A stretch of DNA of 64,000 bases, taken from Microthrixaceae bacterium (lineage in GTDB: Bacteria; Actinomycetota; Acidimicrobiia; Acidimicrobiales; DATDAH01). Shown here piece after piece: positions 26,903 to 38,463 of this stretch. Below the pieces are notes generated by a model that did not search any database, was not told where the DNA came from, and worked only from the letters and a program-made list of their open reading frames with translations. The position numbers and the translations under genes were made by a program. Each line of letters opens with the position of its first letter. Position 1 is the first letter of the stretch. The DNA lies in NCBI GenBank assembly GCA_020637195.1, contig JACJWK010000010.1, positions 1,674-65,673 on the forward strand, in the 5' to 3' direction.

Positions 26903-28260
26903 GCCAGCTGCTCCCGGAGGTGGTCGACGAGCTCGTCGACCGAGACGCGGACCTGGTCCATCGAGTCACGCTCCCGCACGGTCACGGCCCGGTCGTCGAG
27001 CGAGTCGAAGTCGACGGTGACGCAGAACGGCGTGCCCAGCTCGTCCTGGCGGCGGTAGCGCCGGCCGATCGCCTGGGTCTCGTCGTAGTCGCACATGAAG
27101 TGGGGCTGGAGCAGGCCGAGGACCTCTCGGGCCATGGGCGTCAGGGTCTCCTTCTTGGAGAGCGGCAGGATCGCCACCTTGTACGGGGCGAGGCGGTGGT
27201 GCAGGCGCAGCACCGTGCGGGTCTCGCCGCGGACCTCCTCCTCGTCGTAGGCGTCGAGGAGGAACGCCATCATCGTGCGGGTGGCACCGGCGGCCGGCTC
27301 GATCACGTGGGGCACGTACCGGGTGTTCGTGGCCTGGTCGAAGTAGTCGAGGCGCTCGCCCGACGCCTCGGCGTGCTGGGTGAGGTCGTAGCAGCCCCGG
27401 TTGGCGACGCCCTCGAGCTCGCCCCACCCCCAGGGGAACAGGTACTCGACGTCGGAGGTGCCCGCCGAGTAGTGGCTGAGCTCGTCGGTGGCGTGCTCGC
27501 GCAGGCGCAGGTGGGCGGGGTCGATGCCGAGGTCGACGTACCACCGGCGGCGCTCGTCGCACCAGTACTCGAACCACCGGTGCGCCTCGTCGGGCGGGAC
27601 GAAGAACTCCATCTCCATCTGCTCGAACTCGCGGGTGCGGAAGATGAAGTTGCCCGGGGTGATCTCGTTGCGGAAGGACTTGCCGATCTGCGCGATCCCG
27701 AAGGGGGGCTTCTTGCGACTCGCCTGGAGCACGTTGGCGAAGTTCACGAAGATGCCCTGGGCCGTCTCGGGCCGGAGGTAGGCGACCGCGGCGTCCTCCT
27801 CGACGGGGCCGGCGTGGGTCTTGAACATCAGGTTGAACTGCCGGGCCTCGGTGAAGGTGCCCCGGCTGCCACACGTGGGGCAGACGTCGGGGTCGGGGAT
27901 GTCGTCGGACCGGTGGCGGGCCCCGCAGTGGCGGCAGTCCACGAGCGGGTCGGTGAAGTTCGAGAGGTGACCCGACGCCTCCCACACCGCCGGCGGCGAG
28001 AGGATCGCGGCGTCGAGGCCGACGACGTCGTCGCGGAGCTGGACCATCGAGCGCCACCACGCATCCTTCACGTTGCGCAGGAGCAGCACGCCGATGGGCC
28101 CGTAGTCGTAGGTGGAGCGGAAGCCGCCGTAGATCTCCGCGGACGGGAACACGAAGCCACGCCGCTTGGCGAGGTTGACGATCTGGTCCATCCGGTCGAC
28201 CGGCTCGGCGGCGGGGGCGTCGGGGGGCGTGTCGTCGGAGGCGGGCGCGTCGGCGGGCAT
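26899..28260 (-). CDS. glyQS: Glycine--tRNA ligase (alpha2 dimer type)
   Basis: '[43 protein letters not shown]', 'FKTHAGP', '[13 protein letters not shown]' and '[17 protein letters not shown]'. ATG at 28260. Confidence 0.95.
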   Translation of the reverse strand: MPADAPASDDTPPDAPAAEPVDRMDQIVNLAKRRGFVFPSAEIYGGFRSTYDYGPIGVLLLRNVKDAWWRSMVQLRDDVVGLDAAILSPPAVWEASGHLSNFTDPLVDCRHCGARHRSDDIPDPDVCPTCGSRGTFTEARQFNLMFKTHAGPVEEDAAVAYLRPETAQGIFVNFANVLQASRKKPPFGIAQIGKSFRNEITPGNFIFRTREFEQMEMEFFVPPDEAHRWFEYWCDERRRWYVDLGIDPAHLRLREHATDELSHYSAGTSDVEYLFPWGWGELEGVANRGCYDLTQHAEASGERLDYFDQATNTRYVPHVIEPAAGATRTMMAFLLDAYDEEEVRGETRTVLRLHHRLAPYKVAILPLSKKETLTPMAREVLGLLQPHFMCDYDETQAIGRRYRRQDELGTPFCVTVDFDSLDDRAVTVRERDSMDQVRVSVDELVDHLREQLA

Positions 28261-28345
28261 CGTGGGGAGGTTACCCCTCCCCCCTGACGGTCCGAACGGG
28301 CACGGCGACGCCCCCCGAGGCGCCGATGAGCTAGGAATAGGCCTC

Positions 28346-29245
28346 GTGACCGACGACGCGCGCCGCGGCGACCCCACCCGGGTCCTGTTCCGCCGCATCC
28401 TCGCCTGGCTGTTCGACGTGGCCCTGTTCGAGGCCGTGTTCCTCGCCGCCATCGTCGCGTTCGGCCAGCGCTTCACCGGCGAGCTCATCGCCGCCGAGCC
28501 GGCCGGCTTCCGCTTCACCGACGGCGACGCCACCCTGTGGTTCCCCGAGGGCATCCCGGGTCTCGGCGACTCCGTGCTGGTCGTCCCGGGCGACAAGTTC
28601 TGGCTGGCGCTGGCGCTGTTCTGGGTGGCGCTGCTGGTCGACTGGGTGCTGGTCCAGGGGCTCACCGGCGCCACGTTCGGCAAGGCGGTCTGGCGCATCC
28701 GCTGCGTCACCCGGGAACGGCCCAGGCCCGGCATCGGTCGGGCCCTGGTGCGCACGCTGCTGTGGGTGGTCGACCTCATCATGATCGTCCTGCCCCTCGG
28801 GTTCATCCTCGCCACGTTCACGCGCGGCCACCGGCGGGTCGGCGACTTCGCGGGGGGCACGTTCGTCGTGGACCGGCGGTTCGCGGCGCACCTCGCCGCG
28901 GGGCGGCGCGACGGCGGGTCCGAGCGGGTCCCGTCCTCGGAGGTGGCGCTCGAGGGCCTCGACGAGCCCGGCGACGACGCCTTCGCTCCCCCACCGACCG
29001 ACGAGGCGACCGAGCCGCCGTCGGTGTTCGACCCGGCGGTCGCCTCCACCACCGCCGCGGCGACGGGCGCGGCCGCGGCCGCCGAGCCACCCGCGCCCGC
29101 CGACGAGCCCGAGCCGTCCACCGATCCGATCTGGAGCGACGAGCTCGACACGTACATCCGGTGGGAGCCCTCGGTGGGGCGCTGGATCGGCTGGGACGAG
29201 GACGCCGGGAAGTGGCGCCTCGTCGATCCGTCGAGACTGCCCTAG
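28346..29245 (+). CDS. RDD-family membrane protein with an Ala/Pro/acidic linker and a Trp-rich C-terminal module
   Basis: '[13 protein letters not shown]', '[14 protein letters not shown]' and '[15 protein letters not shown]' (RDD). AGGAA SD upstream of GTG 28346. C-terminus '[35 protein letters not shown]'. Confidence 0.75.
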   Translation: MTDDARRGDPTRVLFRRILAWLFDVALFEAVFLAAIVAFGQRFTGELIAAEPAGFRFTDGDATLWFPEGIPGLGDSVLVVPGDKFWLALALFWVALLVDWVLVQGLTGATFGKAVWRIRCVTRERPRPGIGRALVRTLLWVVDLIMIVLPLGFILATFTRGHRRVGDFAGGTFVVDRRFAAHLAAGRRDGGSERVPSSEVALEGLDEPGDDAFAPPPTDEATEPPSVFDPAVASTTAAATGAAAAAEPPAPADEPEPSTDPIWSDELDTYIRWEPSVGRWIGWDEDAGKWRLVDPSRLP

Positions 29246-29285
29246 CTGCCCGCCTGCCCCGGCGAGATGGGGTAGAAAGGGCGCC

Positions 29286-30098
29286 GTGAGCGCCTACCAA
29301 CCCGCAGCAGATCCCACGAACGTCGTCGGCAAGCGCGTCGTCGCCTTCATCATCGACTGGGTCATCCTCCAGGCCCTGTGGTCGGTGCTGTTCTTCGCCC
29401 TCGCGGACTCGGCCGACGCCGACTTCGCCACCTGCACGGGCACCTGCGTCACCGCCGGCGACACGGTGTACGGCGTGGGCGGCGGCAAGGCCGCCCTGCT
29501 CTGGCTCGTGTACTGGGGCTACTCCGTGGGCATCTTCGTGTTCCTCCAGGGCGCCAAGGGCATCACCCCCGGCAAGGCCATCCTCGGTCTGCGGGTGGTC
29601 GACGCCGACGGCAAGGCGGGGCCGGGCCCGGTCAAGGCGCTGATCCGGTGGCTGCTGCTGATCGTCGACCTGCTCCCCTACTGCATCCCGGGCCTGCTCG
29701 GCTTCATCCTCATCATGACGGGCGACAACCACACCCGCCTCGGCGACCGCGCCGCCAAGACCTTCGTCGTCGGCAAGGGCGACACCGGGCGGCCCATCGG
29801 CGCGGCGGCCGCGGCCGCCGGCCCCTACGGCACGCCCGTGGCCCCCGGCGGCATGGCCCCGACGGACTACGCCACTCCGGGCGCCGCCGCGGCCCCCGCG
29901 TACCAGCCCCCGGTCGAGCCCGCGGCGCCGGCGCCGGCGGCGGCCCCCGAGCCCGCCGCCGCTCCCGCTCCCGCTCCCAGCGCCACCGAGCCGCAGTGGG
30001 ACCCCGCCCGCAACGCGTACATCCAGTGGGACGCCAACCAGGGCGCCTGGCTCCAGTTCGACGACGCCACCCAGCAGTGGCGCCCCATCGACCAGTAG
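29286..30098 (+). CDS. RDD-family membrane protein (paralogue) with the same Trp-rich C-terminal module
   Basis: 'KRVVAFIIDWVILQ', 'GITPGKAILGLRVV' and 'NHTRLGDRAAKTFVV'. C-terminus 'EPQWDPARNAYIQWDANQGAWLQFDDATQQWRPID'. Confidence 0.75.
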   Translation: MSAYQPAADPTNVVGKRVVAFIIDWVILQALWSVLFFALADSADADFATCTGTCVTAGDTVYGVGGGKAALLWLVYWGYSVGIFVFLQGAKGITPGKAILGLRVVDADGKAGPGPVKALIRWLLLIVDLLPYCIPGLLGFILIMTGDNHTRLGDRAAKTFVVGKGDTGRPIGAAAAAAGPYGTPVAPGGMAPTDYATPGAAAAPAYQPPVEPAAPAPAAAPEPAAAPAPAPSATEPQWDPARNAYIQWDANQGAWLQFDDATQQWRPIDQ

Positions 30099-30189
30099 CC
30101 GGCACAGCACGCAGCACGCAGCACGCGACGAGGCCCTCCCCGTTCGGGAGGGCCTCGTGGCGTCTCGGAGGTGCCGACCGGCGACGACC

Positions 30190-30783
30190 TCAGTCGGTCA
30201 GGGGGCGCCCCTCGGCGTCGGTGGCGAAGCTCGCCGACCCCGTGAGGATCATGATGCCCTCGATCAGGCCCCAGATGCCCCCGATGCCGCACGTGACGAA
30301 GGTGACCACGATCTGGGCGATGCCGATGCCCGGGTAGCCGAGGTAGAAGCGGTGCACCCCGAAGCTGCCGAGGAAGATGCCGAGCAGGCCGGCTGCCATC
30401 TTGGACTTGAGCGGTCGGCCGTCGGGGCCCACCTTGGGGGCCGCGTACGGCTGGGGTGCGTAGGCGTAGCCGGGCTGGGGCGGGGCGTACCCCGGCTGGG
30501 CCGGCGGCGCGTAGCCCGGCTGGGGTGGGGCGTACCCCGGCTGGGCCGGCGGCGCGTAGCCCGGCTGGGGTGGGGCGTACCCGGGCTGGGGCGGGGCCGC
30601 GGCCGGCGGCGGCGTGGCCGGGATGCCGCCCGCGGGCGGCGGCGGGGTCGGCTCGGGCTGGGTGACGGGCTCGCCGCCGGGCGGCGGTGGCGAGTGCCAG
30701 ATGGTCTCGCTGGGGTCGATGCCGTCGGGCGGGGGCGGCGGGGTGTCGCTCATGGCAGTCCTCGTGGTCGTGGGCGGGCGCAC
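30190..30783 (-). CDS. TM2-domain membrane protein with an N-terminal Pro-rich PQPGYAPP repeat region
   Basis: 'GIFLGSFGVHRFYLGYPGIGIAQIVVTFVTCGIGGIWGLIEGI' is TM2-like. The N-terminus carries (P)PQPGYAPPAQPGYAPP repeats. Confidence 0.7.
   Translation of the reverse strand: MRPPTTTRTAMSDTPPPPPDGIDPSETIWHSPPPPGGEPVTQPEPTPPPPAGGIPATPPPAAAPPQPGYAPPQPGYAPPAQPGYAPPQPGYAPPAQPGYAPPQPGYAYAPQPYAAPKVGPDGRPLKSKMAAGLLGIFLGSFGVHRFYLGYPGIGIAQIVVTFVTCGIGGIWGLIEGIMILTGSASFATDAEGRPLTD
30455..30595. repeat. 45-bp perfect direct tandem repeat (2 full copies at 30482-30526 and 30527-30571, plus degenerate flanking copies) inside the TM2 gene
   Basis: Unit 'ggggcgtaccccggctgggccggcggcgcgtagcccggctggggt' was read directly from the sequence. 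Confidence 0.9.
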
Positions 30784-30833
30784 GTTACCAACGGACCACC
30801 CGCGGGGTCGCCCGATCTGCCAAGCTCACCGGC

Positions 30834-31268
30834 ATGAGCGACTACTCGCAGGGCCCGGGTTGGTGGCAGGCGTCCGACGGCAAGTGGTACCCACCGGAGC
30901 AGGCCGCCGGGGTCGCACCCCCCGCGGCGGCACCCTGGGGCTCGACACCGCCCGCCGCCGCCCCGTACGCGACGCCCTACGGCGCACCGGTCCAGGCGGC
31001 ACCGTCCACGAACGGACTCGCCATCGCCGCGCTGGTGTGCGGCCTGCTCGGCTTCGTCACCTGCGTGTCGGCCATCGCCGCGGTGATCCTCGGCCACATG
31101 GCCCGCAAGCAGATCGGCGAGTCGGGTGGCCAGCAGTCGGGCGACGGGATGGCCCTGGCCGGGCTCATCCTCGGGTACGTGGTGCTCGGCCTCGGGCTCG
31201 CCTACGTCGTGATCGCGATCATCGTCGCGGCCGGCAGCGACAGCGCCCTCGCGCTCGCGGCCGGCTGA
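30834..31268 (+). CDS. DUF4190-like small membrane protein with an N-terminal 'GWWQASDGKWYPPEQ' (DUF2510/GYF_2-like) motif
   Basis: 'GLAIAALVCGLLGFVTCVSAIAAVILGHMARKQI...GMALAGLILGYVVL' matches the DUF4190 pattern. ATG at 30834. Confidence 0.6.
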   Translation: MSDYSQGPGWWQASDGKWYPPEQAAGVAPPAAAPWGSTPPAAAPYATPYGAPVQAAPSTNGLAIAALVCGLLGFVTCVSAIAAVILGHMARKQIGESGGQQSGDGMALAGLILGYVVLGLGLAYVVIAIIVAAGSDSALALAAG

Positions 31269-31305
31269 CCCGCGTCGCCGCCGAGGCGGCGGGCGCGAGC
31301 CGCTC

Positions 31306-32022
31306 TCACGCCTGCTCGAGCACGCCGAGCGAGCGCAGGCGCCGCTCGAGGTGGTGCTCGAGCGCCCGGGTGGCGAGGGTCTCGACCTCGGTCGTGGCCG
31401 GCGAGCCCGGCGCGGCGAGCGCGGCGGCGAGCTGACCGCCCAGGATCTGGCGCAGCAGCACGACGGCCTCCGGGGACACCGCCGTCCCGCGCCGGCAGGC
31501 CCGGCACAGCAGGCCGCCCTCGTCCAGGTCGAACGACACCAGCGACCCGGTGGCGCCACAGCGCACGCACCGGTCGACGGTGGGGCGCAGGCCCTCGAGC
31601 GCGAGGAGCTTCCAGAAGAACCCGCCCACCACGAGGTCGGACGGCTGGGCCGCCAGCGTGCGCAGCGCCCGCAGCAGCAGCTGGTAGAGCGCCGGCGCCG
31701 GGGGCGCGTCCTCGCTGACCTGGTCGACGGCCTCCAACATGGCCGAGGCCCGGGCGAAGCGGTCGAGGTCCTCGCGCAGGGCCCGGAAGTGATCGACCGT
31801 GTCGGCCTGGGTGACGATGTCGAGGGTGCGGCCCTCGTAGAACTGGGCCGCGACGTGGCTCGTGGGCTCGAGGCGGGCCCCGAACTTCGACCGCGTCTTG
31901 CGCACGCCCTTGGCCACGGCGCGCACCTTGCCGTGCCCCGCCGTGTACAGCGCCACGATGCGGTCGGCCTCGCCCAGCTTGTGCGTGCGCAGCACGATCC
32001 CGTGGTCGCGGTACAGGCTCAC
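31306..32022 (-). CDS. recO: DNA repair protein RecO
   Basis: 'MSLYRDHGIVLRTHKLGEADRIV...GKVRAVAKGVRK' and Zn motif 'CVRCG...LLCRAC'. Sits next to uppS and near era in conserved synteny. Confidence 0.88.
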   Translation of the reverse strand: MSLYRDHGIVLRTHKLGEADRIVALYTAGHGKVRAVAKGVRKTRSKFGARLEPTSHVAAQFYEGRTLDIVTQADTVDHFRALREDLDRFARASAMLEAVDQVSEDAPPAPALYQLLLRALRTLAAQPSDLVVGGFFWKLLALEGLRPTVDRCVRCGATGSLVSFDLDEGGLLCRACRRGTAVSPEAVVLLRQILGGQLAAALAAPGSPATTEVETLATRALEHHLERRLRSLGVLEQA

Positions 32023-32029
32023 GCCGGGG

Positions 32030-32782
32030 TCACCCGCTCCGGGAGCGCCTCTTGCGGTCCCGCTCGGCGTCGAGGCCCCCGAAGCGGCGCGTCCGCTGCT
32101 GGTACTCGCGCACGGCGTCGAAGAGGTGCTCGCGGCGGAAGTCGGGCCACAGCACCTCGGTGAACACCAATTCGCTGTAGGCGATCTCCCACAGCAGGTA
32201 GTTGGAGATCCGGTACTCGCCCGACGTGCGGACCATCAGGTCGGGGTCGGGCATCTCGGGGTCGTACAGGTGGCGACGGATGGTCGCCTCGGTGATCTTG
32301 TCGGCCGGGACGCCCTCGGCGACGATCGCCTGCACCGCGTCGACGATCTCGGCGCGTCCGCCGTAGTTGAACGCGATCGTGAAGGTCATGCCCGTGTTGG
32401 CCCGGGTGAGCTCGATGCTCTCGTCCATCCGCCGGACGAGCCGCTTCGGCACGCGCCAACCCCGGCGGCCCACGAAGCGCATGCGCACGTTGCGCTCGTG
32501 CAACTCGTCGCGCCGGCGACGCAGGATCGACTCGTTGAAGCCCATCAGGTAGCGGACCTCGTCGGGTGGCCGCTTCCAGTTCTCGGTCGAGAAGGCGTAC
32601 ACGGTGAGCCACTCGATGCCGAGGTCGAGCGCGCCCTCGACGGTGTCGAACAGCGCCTCCTCACCCGCCGCGTGGCCGTCGGTCCGCTTCAGCCCCCGCT
32701 GCTCGGCCCAGCGGCCGTTGCCGTCCATGACCAGCGCCACGTGCACCGGCACACGCGTCGGGTCGAGATCGGCCGGCACCAC
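32030..32782 (-). CDS. uppS: Isoprenyl transferase (undecaprenyl/decaprenyl-diphosphate synthase, cis-IPPS)
   Basis: 'HVALVMDGNGRWA', 'LTVYAFSTENWKRP' and 'DLMVRTSGEYRISNYLLWEIAYSELVF'. Confidence 0.95.
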   Translation of the reverse strand: MVPADLDPTRVPVHVALVMDGNGRWAEQRGLKRTDGHAAGEEALFDTVEGALDLGIEWLTVYAFSTENWKRPPDEVRYLMGFNESILRRRRDELHERNVRMRFVGRRGWRVPKRLVRRMDESIELTRANTGMTFTIAFNYGGRAEIVDAVQAIVAEGVPADKITEATIRRHLYDPEMPDPDLMVRTSGEYRISNYLLWEIAYSELVFTEVLWPDFRREHLFDAVREYQQRTRRFGGLDAERDRKRRSRSG

Positions 32783-32881
32783 GCCTGCAACCTACCGCCT
32801 CGCCGGTGGGCTCCCGAGCATGGGCCGGCGCCCCGGGCGCGGCCGCGCCCGACCCCGTCGCGGCACCCGTAGGGTGGCGCC

Positions 32882-34782
<1,901 letters not shown>

Positions 34783-34789
<7 letters not shown>

Positions 34790-35637
34790 CCGAGCCGTTC
34801 GAGCGCCTTCGGGCGGCGCTGCCAGTCCTTGTCGACCTTGACGAAGAGCTCGAGGTAGGCCCCCTCGGGGAGCTGGCGGCGCACCTCGGTCCCGACCTGC
34901 TTGAGCACCGAGCCCTTCTTCCCGATCACGATGCCCTTCTGGGACTCGCGCTCGACGAGGATCTCGCAGCGGATCCTCGGCCACTCCCACTCGGTCACCC
35001 GGGTGGCGATCGAGTGCGGGAGCTCGTCGCGGGTGACCGCGAGCAGCTGCTCGCGCACGAGCTCGGCCACCCAGAAGGCCTCGGGCACGTCGGTGACCAT
35101 GTCCTCGGGGTAGTACGGCGGCCCCTCGGGGAGGCGGGACACGAGGTGCTCGACGAGGACGTCCACGCCCTCACCCGTGCGCGCCGACACGGGGAAGTAC
35201 TCGCTCAGGTCCAAGGTGGCGGCGCGGGCGAGCTGCCCGAGCACCTCCTCGGGGGCGGCGGCATCGACCTTGTTGACCACGACGACCGCGTCCCGGGGCA
35301 CACGCTGCGCCACGAAGCGGTCCCCCGGCCCCAGCGGCGCGCTGGCATCGATGACGAGGCACACGACGTCGACGTCACCGATGGCCCCGGTGGCGGTGGC
35401 GTTCAGGCGATTGCCCAGCTCGGTGCGGGGACGGTGGATGCCCGGCGTGTCCACGAAGACCACCTGGGCCTCCAGATCGCCGGCGGGACCCCGCTGGTTG
35501 AGCACGCCCCGCACCTCGGTGCGGGTGGTCTGGGGCTTGTCCGAGACGATGGCGACCTTCGTGCCGAGGATCGTGTTCACGAGCGTCGACTTGCCCACGT
35601 TGGGGCGGCCCACGACGGTGACGAAGCCCGAGCGCAC
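34783..35637 (-). CDS. era: GTPase Era
   Basis: G1 'GRPNVGKSTL', G3 'DTPG', G4 'NKVD', and a KH domain at the C-terminus. Confidence 0.95.
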
Positions 35638-35646
35638 CGGGGAACG

Positions 35647-36951
35647 CTACCGGGGCTCCGCGGCGTCGGTCCCGCGCACGGGCGTGATCCGGACCCGGCC
35701 GATGCGCCGCGCCTGCACCCGCTCGGCCCGCAGCTCGTAGCCCGAGAACTCGACGGCCTCACCCTCGGAGGGCACCCGGCCGAGCTGGCTGTACAGGAAG
35801 CCTCCGACGGTGTCCCAGTCGCCGTCGGGCACCTCGATGCGCAGGAGGTCGTTGACCTCGTCGATGGGGAGGCGGGCGTTGACCCGCAGCCCGCCGTTGG
35901 GCAGCGGCTCGACCATCGGCTCCTCGACGTCGAACTCGTCGCGGATCTCTCCGACCAGCTCCTCGATGAGGTCCTCGAGGGTGACCATGCCGGCGGTCCC
36001 GCCGTACTCGTCGATGACGATGGCGATGTGGAACCGCTCCTCCTGCATCTGGCGGAGCAGGTCGGGCACGCGCTTCGTCTCGGGGATGTACACGGCCGGT
36101 CGCAGCACCGTGGAGACCTCCTGGGCGCCCGCGTCGTCGCGCTCGGCCCGCATCAGGTCCTTGGCGTAGACGATGCCGGTGATGTCGTCGATGCCCTCGC
36201 CGTAGGCCGGCAGGCGGCTGTAGCCGTGGAGGATGGCGACCTCGATGGCGGCGTCGATCTGGAAGTCGGCCGCGATCGTGACCATGTCGGTCCGCGGGAC
36301 CATGACCTCGCGGGCGATGGTGTCGCCGAACTCGATGATCGACTCGATCAGGGCCTGCTCCTCGAGCTCGATCACGTCCTCCTCGGCGGCGGCGCCCGCC
36401 AGCGCCAGCAGCTCCTCCTCCGAGACCGAGGGCCCCTCCCGCCGTCCCTTCCCCGGCAGCAGGACGTTCGACATGCCGATGAGCCCGCGGGTGGCCCAGC
36501 GCAGCGGCCAGAAGCGGGCCAGCCCGCCCACCAGCGGCGCGAGGCGCACGGCGACCGGCCCGGTGTGTTGGAGCGCGTACGTCTTGGGCATGGCCTCGGT
36601 GACGACGAACAGCACGCCGATCTCGACGACGAGCGCGCCGGCCACGCCGGCGAGCCCCCACCAGTCGTAGGCGACGACCGCGGTGACGGTGGCGAGCCCC
36701 AGGTGACAGACCAGCAACAGCAACAGGACCGGGTTGAGGACCTCGTCCCGTCGCTCGAGGAGCTCGGGCAGCGTGCCGCCACGCCGCGCCTCGACGGGCG
36801 CGTCGCCCTCGGTCGCCGCGAGCTCCTCCTCGATGGCGGCGGCCCGCGCCCGACCGAGGTGCAACAGGGCGGTCTCGGCCATCGCCAGGACCGCCGCGAA
36901 CACGACGAGGGCCACGACGACCAGCGCGCCCAGCAGGACGGTGCCGCTCAT
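35647..36951 (-). CDS. CNNM/HlyC-CorC family transporter-associated protein (DUF21 + CBS pair + CorC_HlyC)
   Basis: N-terminal TM helices, a CBS region 'IAREVMVPRTDMV...', and the C-terminus 'VGGFLYSQLGRVPSEGEAVEFSGYELRAERV'. Its ATG overlaps the ybeY stop (ATGA). Confidence 0.85.
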   Translation of the reverse strand: MSGTVLLGALVVVALVVFAAVLAMAETALLHLGRARAAAIEEELAATEGDAPVEARRGGTLPELLERRDEVLNPVLLLLLVCHLGLATVTAVVAYDWWGLAGVAGALVVEIGVLFVVTEAMPKTYALQHTGPVAVRLAPLVGGLARFWPLRWATRGLIGMSNVLLPGKGRREGPSVSEEELLALAGAAAEEDVIELEEQALIESIIEFGDTIAREVMVPRTDMVTIAADFQIDAAIEVAILHGYSRLPAYGEGIDDITGIVYAKDLMRAERDDAGAQEVSTVLRPAVYIPETKRVPDLLRQMQEERFHIAIVIDEYGGTAGMVTLEDLIEELVGEIRDEFDVEEPMVEPLPNGGLRVNARLPIDEVNDLLRIEVPDGDWDTVGGFLYSQLGRVPSEGEAVEFSGYELRAERVQARRIGRVRITPVRGTDAAEPR

Positions 36952-37472
36952 CCCCGACGCTCCAGGCCGGCGGCCCCGAGCAGCTCCCGCTCGCGCGCCA
37001 CCATCGCGGCCGTCTGGTCGGCGTCGGCGTGGTCCCAGCCGAGCACGTGCAGCACCCCGTGCACGACGAGCAGCGCCAGTTCGGCCTCGTAGCCGCCCGG
37101 TGGCACCGCGTTGCGCCGCGCCACCGCGGGGCACACCACGACGTCACCGAGCAGTCGCGGCTCGCCGGGCCGATCGGTCGGATCGGCGGCGGGCCCGTTC
37201 GGCGACCCGTCGAGGGGGAAGGACAGGACGTCGGTGGGCCCCGCTTCGCCCAGGTGCTCGATGTGCAGGCTCGCGATGGTGTCCTCGTCGACGAAGGCGA
37301 CCGCAAGCTCGGCCGGTCCGGTCACGCCCTCGGCGACGAGGACGTCGGTGGCCAGCCGCGCCCAGCGGTCGGTGTCGACGGGCTCCTCCCCGGCCCGCGG
37401 CGACCCGGAGCGGTCGTCGGTGACGACGACGGTCGGAGGGACCGGCCCCGGGCCCGCGGGCGGCGAGCTCAC
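36948..37472 (-). CDS. ybeY: rRNA maturation endoribonuclease YbeY
   Basis: Zn motif 'HGVLHVLGWDH'. Its GTG start overlaps the phoH stop (GTGA). Confidence 0.85.
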   Translation of the reverse strand: MSSPPAGPGPVPPTVVVTDDRSGSPRAGEEPVDTDRWARLATDVLVAEGVTGPAELAVAFVDEDTIASLHIEHLGEAGPTDVLSFPLDGSPNGPAADPTDRPGEPRLLGDVVVCPAVARRNAVPPGGYEAELALLVVHGVLHVLGWDHADADQTAAMVARERELLGAAGLERRG

Positions 37473-38419
37473 GACGGGTCGAGTGCCGAGCGCTCGTAGG
37501 CGTTCACGATGTCGGCCACGATGCGGTGGCGCACGACGTCGGCGGCGCCCAGGCGGACGAAGGCCAGGCCGTCGATGCCCGACAGGACCGGTTCGAGCCC
37601 GCCGAGCCCGCTGCGCCCCCCGGGCACGTCGACCTGGGTCACGTCGCCGGTGATGACGGCCTTGGAGCCGAAGCCGATGCGGGTGAGGAACATCTTCATC
37701 TGCTCGGGCGTCGTATTCTGGGCCTCGTCGAGGATGATGAAGCTGCGGTTCAGGGTGCGGCCCCGCATGAACGCCAGCGGGGCCACCTCGACGGTCCCCT
37801 TGTCGAGCAGGCGCTGCGCCCCCTCCGCCTCGACCATGTCGTAGAGCGCGTCGTACAGCGGCCGGAGGTACGGGTCCACCTTGGCCATCAGGTCCCCGGG
37901 CAGGAACCCCAGCCGCTCCCCCGCCTCGACCGCCGGTCGGGTGAGGATGATCCGGTCGACCTCCTTGGCCTGGAGGGCCTGGACCGCGCAGGCGACCGCC
38001 AGCCAGCTCTTGCCCGTCCCGGCCGGGCCGATGCCGAAGGTGATGATGTTCTGGCGGATGGCGTCCACGTAGCGCTTCTGCCCGCTCGACTTGGGGCGCA
38101 CGGTCCGGCCCCGGGCCGAGCGCCACACCTCGGTGGTGAGGACCTCCGAGGGCCGTTCGTCGGCCCGCACCATGTCGATGGTGCGGGCGACCCCGGACGG
38201 CTCGAGGGCGTGACCCTGTTGGAGCAGGAGCACGAGCTCGTCGAACAGGCGGCCCACCAGCTCCGCGTCGGCCCCGGTGACCGTGATCTCGTTGCCCCGG
38301 ACGTGGATGGACGCCTCGAACGCGCCCTCCACGAGGCGCAGCAGCTCGTCGCGCTGGCCCAGCAGGCCCACCATGAGGTGGTTGCCGGGGACGCTGACGC
38401 GGACCTCGGTCTCGGGCAT
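37469..38419 (-). CDS. phoH: PhoH-family ATPase
   Basis: 'GPAGTGKSWLAVA', 'FIILDEAQNTTPEQMKMFLTRIG' and 'VVRHRIV'. Confidence 0.9.
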   Translation of the reverse strand: MPETEVRVSVPGNHLMVGLLGQRDELLRLVEGAFEASIHVRGNEITVTGADAELVGRLFDELVLLLQQGHALEPSGVARTIDMVRADERPSEVLTTEVWRSARGRTVRPKSSGQKRYVDAIRQNIITFGIGPAGTGKSWLAVACAVQALQAKEVDRIILTRPAVEAGERLGFLPGDLMAKVDPYLRPLYDALYDMVEAEGAQRLLDKGTVEVAPLAFMRGRTLNRSFIILDEAQNTTPEQMKMFLTRIGFGSKAVITGDVTQVDVPGGRSGLGGLEPVLSGIDGLAFVRLGAADVVRHRIVADIVNAYERSALDPS

Positions 38420-38463
38420 CGGCTACGACCGGCGGGGTCGGGGCGGGCGTCGGGGTCCGGCGC

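Noticed and set aside
26076-26969. Long N-terminal extensions in the ORF track for ppdK (to 26969), glyQS (to 29157), dnaG (to 23820), dnaJ (to 47786), holA (to 55281), folP (to 56453), comEC (to 56971), the PQQ dehydrogenase (from 16069), the thioredoxin protein (to 59360) and the kinase-like protein (from 56493).
   Set aside because: In each case the conserved family N-terminus begins at an internal ATG/GTG that has an SD-like sequence or a 4-nt overlap with the upstream stop. The extension overlaps a neighbouring real gene and is compositionally junk.
28261-28345. Possible T-box or other leader RNA upstream of glyQS.
   Set aside because: The divergent spacer is only about 85 bp, too short for a T-box (typically more than 200 nt). 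No specifier or T-box sequence was recognisable.
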